This document shows, one piece after another, positions 27,630-37,030 of a stretch of DNA of 64,000 nucleotides. The stretch covers positions 1,472,001-1,536,000 of the forward strand of contig CAXXTB010000002.1 in assembly GCA_963676795.2 (NCBI GenBank), written 5' to 3'. Numbering within the stretch: the stretch's first letter is position 1; every line of letters begins with the position of its first letter. The notes beneath the pieces were generated by a model, which was not told the DNA's origin, ran no database searches, and saw only the letters and a list, made by a program, of their open reading frames with translations. The position numbers were made by a program, and so were the translations under genes. The stretch is from Geopsychrobacteraceae bacterium. Lineage in GTDB: Bacteria > Desulfobacterota > Desulfuromonadia > Desulfuromonadales > Geopsychrobacteraceae.

Positions 27630-29000
27630 TTGAATTATCCTGATATCGTTTTTCACGGGGCCACCCGTGGTGTAACCGGCTCTTGCCATGAACTGTGCGT
27701 CGATTCGCGGAATTCCATTCTGATCGACTGCGGTATTTCGCAGGAAGGGGAACAGACATCTGCTGAGATCGATTTCCCTGTTGAGTATATCCGCGCCCTT
27801 ATCATTACCCACGTCCATATCGACCATGTCGGACGGATTCCCTACCTTCTGGCCGCTGGTTTCAATGGCCCGATCTACTGTTCAGAGGCATCAGCTCTGC
27901 TCTTGCCGTTGATGCTGGAAGATGCGGTGCGCATCGGTTTTACCCGCAACCCTTCGCTGATTGATCAATTTGTCCACAAAATCAATGAACTGATTGTTCC
28001 CGTGCCTTATAAAACGTGGGTTTCTCTGCCCCTTGGCCGTAAAGAAATACGCATAAAAATGCAACCGGCCGGGCATATCCTGGGGTCGGCCTATGTTGAG
28101 TGTGATGTCGCAGGTAAACGGTTTGTCTTTTCCGGTGACCTGGGTGCGCCCTATGCGCCATTGTTGCCTGCACCTCAAGCTCCTTACCGGGCTGATGTTC
28201 TGGTGCTTGAAAGCACCTATGGCGACAGGGGTCATGACGGGCGGCGCCAACGCCGTGAACAATTGCGAAAAATCATTGAAGCTTCTCTTCAGAACCGTGG
28301 CGTAATCCTTATTCCGGCATTCAGCATCGGCAGGACACAGGAGCTTCTTTACGAACTTGAAGGGCTGATTTTTGCTTTGCGTCAGCAGTACGCTGCTGAT
28401 GGTTTGCCCTGGGATGAACTGGAAATTGTCGTCGATTCGCCGCTGGCCACGGAATTTACCGACGCTTACCGGCAGTTGCAGTCCTGCTGGGATGCCGAGG
28501 CCAAACAGCGGCTTCGCCAGGGGCGGCATCCGCTCTCTTTTGAGCAGATGACCACCATCGGTTCTCATGAAGAGCATCTGCAGACGGTTGAATATCTCAA
28601 GAAAACGGCCCGGCCCTGTATCGTCATTGCTGGAAGCGGGATGTGTAACGGGGGAAGGATTGTCAATTATCTGAAGGCTTTATTGGCTGATACCAGGACC
28701 GATGTCCTGTTTGTCGGTTATCAGGCTGCAGGTACCCCCGGACGCGATATCCAGACCTATGGTCCAAAGGGTGGTTATGTCGTGCTGGATGGCCGGCGTT
28801 ACACTATCGCTGCCAAGGTTCATACAATTCACGGTTATTCGGCGCACGCCGATCAACAGAACCTGGTCAATTTCGTCAGACGCATGCGCGTAAAGCCGCA
28901 AAAAATCTACCTGGTTCATGGTGAAGCACCTGCCAAAGCAGCCTTGAAGGATCAATTGTTGCGACTTGGTGAAGGGATTGATATCGAGATTCCTCTATGA
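27630..29000 (+). CDS. MBL-fold beta-CASP nuclease (RNA-processing type)
   Basis: VTGSCH, THVHIDHVG, AGHILGS, FSGDLG, ESTYG, GSGM..GGR, YSAHAD, VHGE. Confidence 0.92.
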   Translation: MNYPDIVFHGATRGVTGSCHELCVDSRNSILIDCGISQEGEQTSAEIDFPVEYIRALIITHVHIDHVGRIPYLLAAGFNGPIYCSEASALLLPLMLEDAVRIGFTRNPSLIDQFVHKINELIVPVPYKTWVSLPLGRKEIRIKMQPAGHILGSAYVECDVAGKRFVFSGDLGAPYAPLLPAPQAPYRADVLVLESTYGDRGHDGRRQRREQLRKIIEASLQNRGVILIPAFSIGRTQELLYELEGLIFALRQQYAADGLPWDELEIVVDSPLATEFTDAYRQLQSCWDAEAKQRLRQGRHPLSFEQMTTIGSHEEHLQTVEYLKKTARPCIVIAGSGMCNGGRIVNYLKALLADTRTDVLFVGYQAAGTPGRDIQTYGPKGGYVVLDGRRYTIAAKVHTIHGYSAHADQQNLVNFVRRMRVKPQKIYLVHGEAPAKAALKDQLLRLGEGIDIEIPL

Positions 29001-29043
29001 TCTAGGGTTGTTACAGTGGTAGAGTAATCAAAATCAATTTTTG

Positions 29044-29468
29044 TCCACTGAAAACACGGAAGACACGGAAAATGCCTTAATTCAACAGGGATGAAAGGGA
29101 TAAACAGGATGAAGTCAGGAGCAATATGACTTGATTGATAAAATACAGAACAGCCAAGTTCTTGTTTTAGGTTTCCCATTATCTCATTCTTCTCCAGTAT
29201 CCCTGTTGAATCGTTTGCAAATTTTTTTCTGCGTGTTTTGTTTAAAAAAATGTTTTTTGATAATAATTCCGTGATTTCCGTGTCTTCCGTGGATATGTTG
29301 TTCAATGATCAATTTCATCCATTTGATCAATGTTTGTTGATTTGTCAGGATTTGTCTGTGTGGGTCTGTGATAAAAAAGCAGATTTTAAGGCTTTTACAA
29401 TTTCGAGCTTTTCGTGTTTTTCGTGGATATAATAGATTTGTGACTGTGATTTCACTGAGTTCGTGGAT
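29044..29468. repeat. Modular hairpin-arm spacer D: delta(gamma...gamma')delta' followed by unpaired closing arms
   Basis: delta 29044-29072 / 29266-29293; gamma 29081-29110 / 29181-29210; closing arms at ~29353, ~29400-29428, ~29446-29468. Confidence 0.9.
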
Positions 29469-29488
29469 ATTTAATTGCTGATTATCTG

Positions 29489-31543
29489 GTGCCTATGATT
29501 CTGAATATCCTGATCTGGCTTGCATCTCTGGCCGCCCTGTTTAGTGGCGTGGCGGTTCTGTTGCGACGGAAGTATCTTGTCTCAACACTGTTGCTGTGCT
29601 CCGCACTGATTTTTGTCACTGCTTTGGGCGTAGCAGATTATCTGACATTCCAGAATTTTTCAGAGATCTGGCCTTTGCGAAAAACTGCCCAGATCCTTGA
29701 AGCGTTTATCGCCATCTGTTTTTATTTTTATACCAAGACCACCTTCAGGGATAACTCTGAGATCTATCGCGGACCGGGGTTCTGGGGGGCGGTGGTTGTT
29801 TCTCTTCTGCTGCTGGTTGTCTCTTTTTCAGTGCCGGTCAGCGCATTTGTTTTTTCACCAGATATCCTCACTGAAAAGACCCTGTTTTTGACGGCTTATG
29901 GTTTTTACTTTTATGTCCTGCTGATGGTTTATTTCATTGCCGGACTTGTTCAGCTGGAAAGAAGCTATGCTTCGATTCATCCGCTCCAGCGCTGGAGTAT
30001 CAAAACGGAGGTTGTCGGCTCGGGGCTTCTGGGCGTGACATTTGCGCTCTATTTCAGCCAGAGCCTGCTCTACCGGTCATTGAACCTTGAGCATAGTGGT
30101 TTCCGCTCTTTCTTTGTTATCGTCGCCTGTGCATTGATTTTCTATTCGCGGTTTTTTCGTGACCGGTCTGCATCACGTTTTTCCATCTCGCGGGGGATCG
30201 CGCAACGTTCTTTTGTTCTGCTGATCGTCGGCAGTTATCTCATCTTACTTGGTATTCTCGGCGAGGGACTGCGCTACCTGCAGGTTGCGGATTACAAGTC
30301 GGTCATATACGTTCTTCTGCTGGTCGGTGCCGCCGGACTCTGTGCTGTTTCTCTCTCAGAGCAGCTCAGACGGAAGCTGAAGGTTACCTTTCACAAGAAT
30401 TTTTTCCAGGCAAAATATGATTATCGTCAGGAGTGGCAGAAATTTGCGGCCAAGGTCGGCGAAGGCAGCTCCTTACCTGAGGTGCAGAAGGCGATTCTGG
30501 AACTTTTTTGCGACCCTCTCGCCTGTAAGGGCTCGGCGCTCTATCTGCGTGATTTTGAATCTGCGGACTATCTTCATGTGGATGCTTTCAATTTTCCGCG
30601 TGACTGGCGTCCTTTTGCTGCAGAGGATCCGCTGATCCGTCAACTGCAGGAACGCAGCTGGATTATTAATCTGCGTGATGAGAATCAGCCCCTTGAGGAT
30701 TCGATGATCCATACCTTCAGGGATACGGGAGTGTTTCTGATTGTTCCTATGTTCTTTGATGAAGAGCTCTATGGTTTTGTTGTGTTGGCCGATCAGATTA
30801 ACCGGGAGAACCTGACCTATGAGGATTATGATCTGCTCAAGATGCTGTCCCGCCAATCGATTGCGATCATTCACGGTCTGAGATTGTCTGAACAGTTGAC
30901 CGCCAGCCGGGAGATGGCAGCAATCGGTAAGGTTTCAACCTTTGTCCTGCACGACCTGAAGAATCAGGTGTCCGGACTGTCGCTGATGCTCGACAACGCC
31001 AGGGATTATATTGATGATCCGGAATTTCAGGAGGATATGCTTGAGACGATCGGCAATACCGTCAGAAATATGAATGGCCTGATTGCCCGTTTGAAGAACC
31101 TCAAGGAAAAGCCGAGCCTGGCCATAGAGCGTGTTCAGCTGGGGGCTGTTGTCAGTGATGCCGTCGATACGGTCAGGGGGAATATTGAACTGTCGGGTGA
31201 TCCGGTGAGTATTGCGGCAGACAATGAGGAGATCTATAAGGTGCTGATGAACCTGTTGGTCAATGCCGTTGAAGCTTCACCTGCCGGCTCCTGTATCCAT
31301 GTCTGCTACGGTCTTGAGGGCGACAAGGCCTTCGTGACCGTGACAGATTCCGGGTGCGGTATGGCGCAGGAGTTTATTGATGAGAAGCTGTTTACTCCTT
31401 TTCTGACAACCAAGAAGCATGGTTTTGGTATCGGACTCTATCAATGCCGTCAGATTATTGAGTCGCATGGTGGGGAGATCGATGTTGTCAGTGAAGTTGG
31501 CAAGGGGAGTACCTTCCGGATTCTGTTGCCAGTTGCAGATTGA
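29489..31543 (+). CDS. prsK: PEP-CTERM system histidine kinase PrsK
   Basis: N-terminal multi-TM region, KNFFQAKYDYRQEW, GAF domain, FVLHDLKN H-box, GFGIGLYQCR; exosortase context. Confidence 0.9.
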   Translation: MPMILNILIWLASLAALFSGVAVLLRRKYLVSTLLLCSALIFVTALGVADYLTFQNFSEIWPLRKTAQILEAFIAICFYFYTKTTFRDNSEIYRGPGFWGAVVVSLLLLVVSFSVPVSAFVFSPDILTEKTLFLTAYGFYFYVLLMVYFIAGLVQLERSYASIHPLQRWSIKTEVVGSGLLGVTFALYFSQSLLYRSLNLEHSGFRSFFVIVACALIFYSRFFRDRSASRFSISRGIAQRSFVLLIVGSYLILLGILGEGLRYLQVADYKSVIYVLLLVGAAGLCAVSLSEQLRRKLKVTFHKNFFQAKYDYRQEWQKFAAKVGEGSSLPEVQKAILELFCDPLACKGSALYLRDFESADYLHVDAFNFPRDWRPFAAEDPLIRQLQERSWIINLRDENQPLEDSMIHTFRDTGVFLIVPMFFDEELYGFVVLADQINRENLTYEDYDLLKMLSRQSIAIIHGLRLSEQLTASREMAAIGKVSTFVLHDLKNQVSGLSLMLDNARDYIDDPEFQEDMLETIGNTVRNMNGLIARLKNLKEKPSLAIERVQLGAVVSDAVDTVRGNIELSGDPVSIAADNEEIYKVLMNLLVNAVEASPAGSCIHVCYGLEGDKAFVTVTDSGCGMAQEFIDEKLFTPFLTTKKHGFGIGLYQCRQIIESHGGEIDVVSEVGKGSTFRILLPVAD

Positions 31544-31590
31544 AAGTCTTAAGTGCGGGTTTACGATAAATATGTAAAAGGCACAATCGG

Positions 31591-31874
31591 GTCCACGGAA
31601 AACACGGAAGACGCGGAAATTAAGACTAAAATCTCTTCGCACAAAGGCACAGAGAAACAGAGGAAAGCAATAAGTTCTTAATCATATGAAATAAACCATT
31701 ACGTCATCCTTTGCCTGTAAAAATACAGGTCCTGGTTTTTCTTTGTCTCTTTGTGTCTTGAGAGAGCGCAGTGAACGGGCTCGAAATTGGTTTTGTTCTG
31801 TGGTCATTTCGCGCTTTTCGTGTTTTTCGTGGACTGATAAAGTTGATCTTCCGTGATTTCCGTGTTTTCTATAG
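31591..31874. repeat. Modular hairpin-arm spacer E between prsK and prsR
   Basis: delta open 31591-31620, epsilon open ~31636-31662, epsilon close 31741-31784, beta close ~31807-31833, delta close ~31849-31874. Confidence 0.88.
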
Positions 31875-31917
31875 ATATAATGCTTATGTGTTTTTTCGGT
31901 GACGAATTGGAGCGGGT

Positions 31918-33318
31918 GTGAAGAAACTACTGATTGTTGATGACAACCATGAAATCCGTAAACAGCTGAAATGGGGACTGGCCAAAGATTACCGTATCCT
32001 GTTGGCGGAGTCGGTTGCCGAGGCGATGGATCTATTCTCTCAGCATACTCCGGATGTTGTCACTCTCGATCTCGGCTTGCCACCTGATATCGACGGGGCG
32101 ACCGAGGGGTTGCGTTGTCTTGAACATATTCTGCAGCAGCGTCCAGCGACAAAGGTGATTGTCCTCTCCGGTAATGAGGATCACTCAAATGCCATTACTG
32201 CCGTCGGCATGGGCGCCTACGACTACTATCACAAGCCGATCAACCTCGATGAGCTGAAGATCATCCTGTCGCGCGCTTTCCATGTTTCGGAACTTGAAGC
32301 CGAAAATCAGAAGTTACAGGCTGAAAAAGCCACCCCTGCCGGTTTTTCCGATATCTTTGGTCAGTGTCATCAGATGCAAGCGGTTTTTTCTACGATCAAG
32401 AAGGTTGCGTCTATCGATGTCCCTGTCCTGATTCTTGGTGAGAGTGGCACCGGCAAAGAGGTTGTTGCCAGGGCAATTCACAATCGCGGTATCAGGTCTG
32501 AAGGCAACTTCGTTGCGATCAATTGCGGAGCGATCCCTGAGAATCTGCTTGAATCTGAACTGTTCGGTCATGAGAAGGGGGCCTTTACCGGGGCGCAGAA
32601 CCGGGTTCAGGGGAAGGTTGAGTATGCGGCGGGTGGTACCCTGTTTCTCGATGAGATAGGGGAGATGCCCCCGCTGTTGCAGGTCAAACTGCTGCGTTTT
32701 CTGCAGGAGAAGACGATCCAGCGCGTCGGAGGTCGGGAGGATATCCCCGTTGACGTGCGTGTTGTTGCGGCGACAAATATCGATATAGAAGCGGCGATCA
32801 AAACGGGATCATTCAGGGAGGACCTGTATTACCGTCTGGGTGTTATATCTCTTGAGCTGCCGCCCTTGCGCGAGCGTGGGGACGATATTGAGTTGTTGGC
32901 AAACCTGTTTCTGCAGCGCTACAGCCAGGAATTCGGCAAAAAGACCAGGGGATTCAGTCTGGAGTCGTTGCGCTATCTGCGTGATCATTCATGGCCTGGT
33001 AACGTCCGTGAACTTGAAAACAAGGTCAAACGGGCAATTGTCATGGCTGAAAATCCGATCATTGAAGCATGGGATCTTGGCTTTACGGAAAAATGTATGG
33101 TAGACGCTCAGCCCGGCGCAGATGTGCAGTCACAAGCCGGGATGCAGTTCCAGGGCATGACCCTGAAAGAAGCGCGCTATCAACTCGAACATGCGATGCT
33201 GCAACAAGTTATGGAAGAGCAGGAGGGGAATGTTCAGCGTGCTGCGGAAGCCTTGTCGGTCAGTCGACCGACTTTTTATGATCTTTTGAAAAAGCATGGT
33301 TTGTTTCAGATCGAATGA
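31918..33318 (+). CDS. prsR: PEP-CTERM-box sigma-54 response regulator PrsR
   Basis: REC domain with LDLGLPP, GESGTGKE, GAFTGA, WPGNVREL, C-terminal HTH; downstream of prsK. Confidence 0.92.
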   Translation: MKKLLIVDDNHEIRKQLKWGLAKDYRILLAESVAEAMDLFSQHTPDVVTLDLGLPPDIDGATEGLRCLEHILQQRPATKVIVLSGNEDHSNAITAVGMGAYDYYHKPINLDELKIILSRAFHVSELEAENQKLQAEKATPAGFSDIFGQCHQMQAVFSTIKKVASIDVPVLILGESGTGKEVVARAIHNRGIRSEGNFVAINCGAIPENLLESELFGHEKGAFTGAQNRVQGKVEYAAGGTLFLDEIGEMPPLLQVKLLRFLQEKTIQRVGGREDIPVDVRVVAATNIDIEAAIKTGSFREDLYYRLGVISLELPPLRERGDDIELLANLFLQRYSQEFGKKTRGFSLESLRYLRDHSWPGNVRELENKVKRAIVMAENPIIEAWDLGFTEKCMVDAQPGADVQSQAGMQFQGMTLKEARYQLEHAMLQQVMEEQEGNVQRAAEALSVSRPTFYDLLKKHGLFQIE

Positions 33319-33489
33319 CTTATTGTCGCACTATTGCATTTCTATCAACCTGCACACCTTTTGTCTGTTTAGATATGACCCTCGCTGATGCTTTTCGGAT
33401 ACCGACTTCAGGCCATACTTACCCGGTCTGATACAGGTCTATTTTGCTGTGAGAAGGTCAATTGTATAAAATCTCTTCCGGAGGTCAGT

Positions 33490-34425
33490 GTGAATACTGA
33501 AATTAGTGTTGTTGTTCCTTTATATAACGAAGAACTGGTCATCCATGAAATGTATCAACGGCTGACCGGGGTGATGAGTGATTGCTCGGACAACTACGAG
33601 ATTATCATGGTCAACGATGGCAGCCGGGATCAGACTCTGCCGATGGCCAAAGAGATCTGCAAGCGTGACTCCAGGGTCAAATTACTCAGCTTTTCCCGGA
33701 ATTTTGGCCATCAGATTGCGATCACCGCAGGGATGGATCATGCGTCGGGAGAGGCCGTCGTTGTCATCGATGCCGATTTGCAGGATCCGCCTGAGGTTAT
33801 TCCGGAGATGATGAAGAAATGGAAAGAGGGGTTTGATGTCGTCTATGGCGTCAGAGCTGAGCGTCAGGGCGAAAGCTGGTTCAAGCTTTTTACAGCTAAG
33901 GCGTTTTACCGCATCTTGAAAAAGCTCACATCGGTTCATATTCCCGTTGATACGGGTGATTTCAGGCTTATTGACCGTAAGGTGTTGCGTGAATTCAACC
34001 AGATGAGGGAACAGGCCCGCTTTGTACGCGGGATGATAAGTTGGGTTGGTTTTCGTCAGGGCGAAGTCAGCTACGTTCGTCATGAACGTTTTGCCGGTGA
34101 AACCAAGTACCCATTCAAAAAAATGCTCAAGTTCGCCATTGACGGGATGCTGTCTTTCTCCCAGGTTCCATTGAAACTTTCATCTGCTCTGGGTTTGATC
34201 TGTGCGCTGGTGAGCTTTGTGTTCATGATTTACGGCCTGGTGATGAAGTCTTTCTTTCCTGGGCATGTCATTCCGGGCTGGGCGTCGCTGTTCTCTGCCG
34301 TTTTATTTATTGGTGGGGTTCAGTTGATCTGTCTCGGCGTGCTGGGTGAATATATCGGCCGGATTTATGAGGAGATCAAGAAACGGCCTCTGTATATCAT
34401 CGATGAGGAAATTAATCTGAAATAG
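33490..34425 (+). CDS. GT2 polyprenol-phosphate glycosyltransferase (GtrB-like)
   Basis: VVPLYNEE, NDGSRD, SRNFGHQ, IDADLQDPP, two C-terminal TMs; GGAGG RBS before GTG at 33490. Confidence 0.9.
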   Translation: MNTEISVVVPLYNEELVIHEMYQRLTGVMSDCSDNYEIIMVNDGSRDQTLPMAKEICKRDSRVKLLSFSRNFGHQIAITAGMDHASGEAVVVIDADLQDPPEVIPEMMKKWKEGFDVVYGVRAERQGESWFKLFTAKAFYRILKKLTSVHIPVDTGDFRLIDRKVLREFNQMREQARFVRGMISWVGFRQGEVSYVRHERFAGETKYPFKKMLKFAIDGMLSFSQVPLKLSSALGLICALVSFVFMIYGLVMKSFFPGHVIPGWASLFSAVLFIGGVQLICLGVLGEYIGRIYEEIKKRPLYIIDEEINLK

Positions 34426-34456
34426 GCAGTGCCTGTCTATGAAAGGCTAAAAACTT

Positions 34457-34881
34457 GTCCACGAAATTCACGAAAGGCTCGAAAAAAACGCCCCCCCTCA
34501 ATCCCCCCTATGAAATAGGGGGGAAGGGAGTAGCGCGAGCAGGGGGGTGATTCGTGAACAGGTTCGCCTTTGTCTGCATTTGTCTGTGTGAGTCTGTGGC
34601 TTAAAATTGCTTTGTCCACGGAAATCACGGAAGACACGGAAAATGGCTTAATTCAACAGGGATGAAAGGGATAAACAGGATGAAGTCAAAGGCAATGTGG
34701 CTGGATTGATGAATACAGAACAAACAGGTTCTTGTTTTTAGGTATGCCCATAATCCCCAACATCCCCTGAATCCCTGTTAAAAAGATTTAGAAGAATTTG
34801 TCTGTAGTTGTCTGTGTGAGTCTGTGGCAAAAAATGGCTTTGTACGTAGTTGACTGTGGCTATTTCGTGTCATTCGTGGAC
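34457..34881. repeat. Modular hairpin-arm spacer F, including a C-rich/G-rich REP-like hairpin
   Basis: beta open ~34457-34485 and beta close ~34862-34881 enclose the C-rich/G-rich hairpin (~34490-34548), a delta open arm, a gamma pair and two GTCTGTGGC arms. Confidence 0.9.
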
Positions 34882-34901
34882 CAATTCGCCTGCTTTTGCC
34901 T

Positions 34902-35777
34902 TTATTCTTGAGACTCAGTCGTGAACTGATAGACATCGCTTTCGTAGAAGACAGTTGGATCACTGTTATCGATGGCGATGACCTTCCAGTAGTAGGTTGT
35001 TGAGTTGCTCAGATTGTCGACGTAGTAATAAAGATCGGAACCTGTATCCACACTGACGAGTATAGAATCGTCACTGGATGATGTCGTTACCGTCTTGCTC
35101 GCCGATGAGCTTCCGCCACCACCTCCGCCACCACAGGCCGAGAGTAGTAACGCAGAGCAGATTGACGCTGCGAGCCAGTGCTTGGTTTTAAGCTTGCTCT
35201 TAAGTGATGGCACGAAAACCAGGCCCAGGCCGAAGAGAAAGATCAGTAGCGATGGTGTGTTGAGTGGATTGCCCGGGAAGCTGGGTATGGAGCCCGCGGC
35301 ACTGACTTCACTGCTGTTGGTTCCGTAGACAAGCCGGTAGGACACGTCATAGCTGGAATCCAGTCCCTCCCATTCAAAGGAGGTGGAAACGGGTTCGTTG
35401 GTTGTGTTGTTCTCCGGGAAAAGGAGCTCCGGGGTGCTGACAACCGTTGGCGCGTTGGAGACAATATTGGAATAGCTGCTTTCATTCCCCCCGGAATCGT
35501 AGGCGGTCACGGTGAAGTAGTAGATGGCGTCATCTTCAAGGCCGGTCAGCGTCACTGAGAGGTTGCTGCCTACGTCGACAGGTGATGCCCCCTGATCCGC
35601 ATCTGTTCCGGAAAGGGGCAGGATGCTGCTGCCTTGTTGATAGTAAACGTAGTACCCTGTAACAGAGTTGCTCGGGCTTGCGTCCCATGAAAGTGTGATA
35701 TCGAGAGAAAAGGCTGTTGCCGGGAGAAATATCAGGCAGGCTGTGAGAAAAAACTTGAGAATTTTTACAGGTGTCAT
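34902..35777 (-). CDS. Secreted fibronectin type III protein with internal TM hairpin and lipobox-like motif
   Basis: Sec signal; FN3 (LSWDAS..GYYVYY..LTGL..YYFTVTAYD..NES..SN); internal LLLSAC-GGGGGGG at aa 210-222. Confidence 0.8.
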   Translation of the reverse strand: MTPVKILKFFLTACLIFLPATAFSLDITLSWDASPSNSVTGYYVYYQQGSSILPLSGTDADQGASPVDVGSNLSVTLTGLEDDAIYYFTVTAYDSGGNESSYSNIVSNAPTVVSTPELLFPENNTTNEPVSTSFEWEGLDSSYDVSYRLVYGTNSSEVSAAGSIPSFPGNPLNTPSLLIFLFGLGLVFVPSLKSKLKTKHWLAASICSALLLSACGGGGGGGSSSASKTVTTSSSDDSILVSVDTGSDLYYYVDNLSNSTTYYWKVIAIDNSDPTVFYESDVYQFTTESQE

Positions 35778-35902
35778 TGTTCGATCCTTTTCATTTAATT
35801 TTTATTGCGTTTATATAACATATCAACCTGAACGATTGTAGTTGTTTTTTGTCCTAATATTAGAAAAACCTAGTGCTTGTAGTTGGATTAACGGTGTGAA
35901 AT

Positions 35903-36595
35903 ATGGTCAAATTTGAGTCTCCGTCATTTGATTTTCTGCTGAAGCTGCCCTTGTTCAGCGGGCTGTCGAACCATGATATAGAACTGCTGCTGCCGATTAT
36001 GAAGCTGAAAGCATACGGGAAAGGCGAGATACTTTTTGAAGAAGGGGAAACAGCAAGCGGTTTTTTTGTTGTCAGGGAAGGCAGGGTCAAGATATTCAAG
36101 CTGTCTGCCGAAGGAAAAGAGCGTATACTTCATATCGTTTTACCCTGTCAGAGCTTTGCGGATGCGGCTATTTTTGATGATGGCTGCTATCCCGCCTTCG
36201 CTGAAACCCTTGTGCCTTCTGAACTGGTATTTTTCCCGAAACGGGAGTTTTTGCAGCTTCTGCATGCTGATTCTCAGTTGTCTATAAACATGATTGCAGG
36301 CTTGTCCAGGTATTTGCGCCAGTTCACTGTGCAGATAGAAGATCTGACCTTTCGGGATGTTCCTTCCAGGCTGGCCAGGTATCTTATCAGTCTCGGTGCG
36401 GAAGAGAGACGCTCAATTACATTGCCGATTGCAAAATCACAACTGGCTTCCAACCTGGGTACAACGAGCGAGACTCTTTCGCGGACGCTGCGGAAGTTGA
36501 CAGATGAAGGGCTTTTGCGGGTGCAGGGAAAAAATATCGAAATTCTTGACTGCGACGGGCTCTATGAGTTATCGAGCCGGGAGAGTACGGCTTAG
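35903..36595 (+). CDS. Crp/Fnr-family regulator (HcpR/Dnr-like, no N-terminal Fe-S cysteine cluster)
   Basis: cNMP-binding domain, HTH LASNLGTTSETLSR. Confidence 0.9.
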   Translation: MVKFESPSFDFLLKLPLFSGLSNHDIELLLPIMKLKAYGKGEILFEEGETASGFFVVREGRVKIFKLSAEGKERILHIVLPCQSFADAAIFDDGCYPAFAETLVPSELVFFPKREFLQLLHADSQLSINMIAGLSRYLRQFTVQIEDLTFRDVPSRLARYLISLGAEERRSITLPIAKSQLASNLGTTSETLSRTLRKLTDEGLLRVQGKNIEILDCDGLYELSSRESTA

Positions 36596-36599
36596 GAAT

Positions 36600-36613
36600 T
36601 TGATATTGATCAA
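36600..36613 (+). promoter_or_regulatory. FNR/Dnr/HcpR-type binding box upstream of the ygbA-like gene
   Basis: TTGAT-ATTG-ATCAA perfect consensus; TATTTT candidate -10 at 36636-36641 gives class II (-41.5) geometry. Confidence 0.8.
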
Positions 36614-36670
36614 TTTCTGCTCACGTCTGACATGTTATTTTCTGCAATGAAAGGACGTGGGTAAAAGAAT

Positions 36671-37027
36671 ATGACGCAGATTTTGACTCGTAGGGAAGTG
36701 CATGATCTTAAGATTCTTGCCCTGTTTACGGCTTACTATTGTGGCAAAAAGCACGCCGATGCGGCTTGCTTTTCCATTTCCGGATTGCCCGATTCATTGA
36801 AGATGCTGGAAAAATACTCCTGCTGTGAATCATGTAGACAGTTCCTGGAGTATGCGATTGAACGTCGAATCCGCTGTCCGCTGAGCGTCAAACCTGCCTG
36901 TAAACATTGCCGGATCCATTGCTACCGATCTGATTATCGTGAGAAGGTCCGTGAAATTATGCGATTTTCCGGCAGTGGCCTCATTTTGAGAGGGCGTTTG
37001 GATCTGCTTTGGCATTTTTTCTTCTAA
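36671..37027 (+). CDS. YgbA / nitrous oxide-stimulated promoter family protein
   Basis: YC..H, C..C, YA..R..RCP....KPACKHC.IHCY, IMRFSG. Confidence 0.85.
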   Translation: MTQILTRREVHDLKILALFTAYYCGKKHADAACFSISGLPDSLKMLEKYSCCESCRQFLEYAIERRIRCPLSVKPACKHCRIHCYRSDYREKVREIMRFSGSGLILRGRLDLLWHFFF

Positions 37028-37030
37028 ATG

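Noticed and set aside
4324..35777. PEP-CTERM substrate genes, prsT and sigma-54 promoters for the exosortase system
   Set aside because: No ORF ends in VPEP-TM-basic, no TPR gene follows prsR, and candidate GG-N10-GC motifs I checked (e.g. near 23205) had the wrong spacing.
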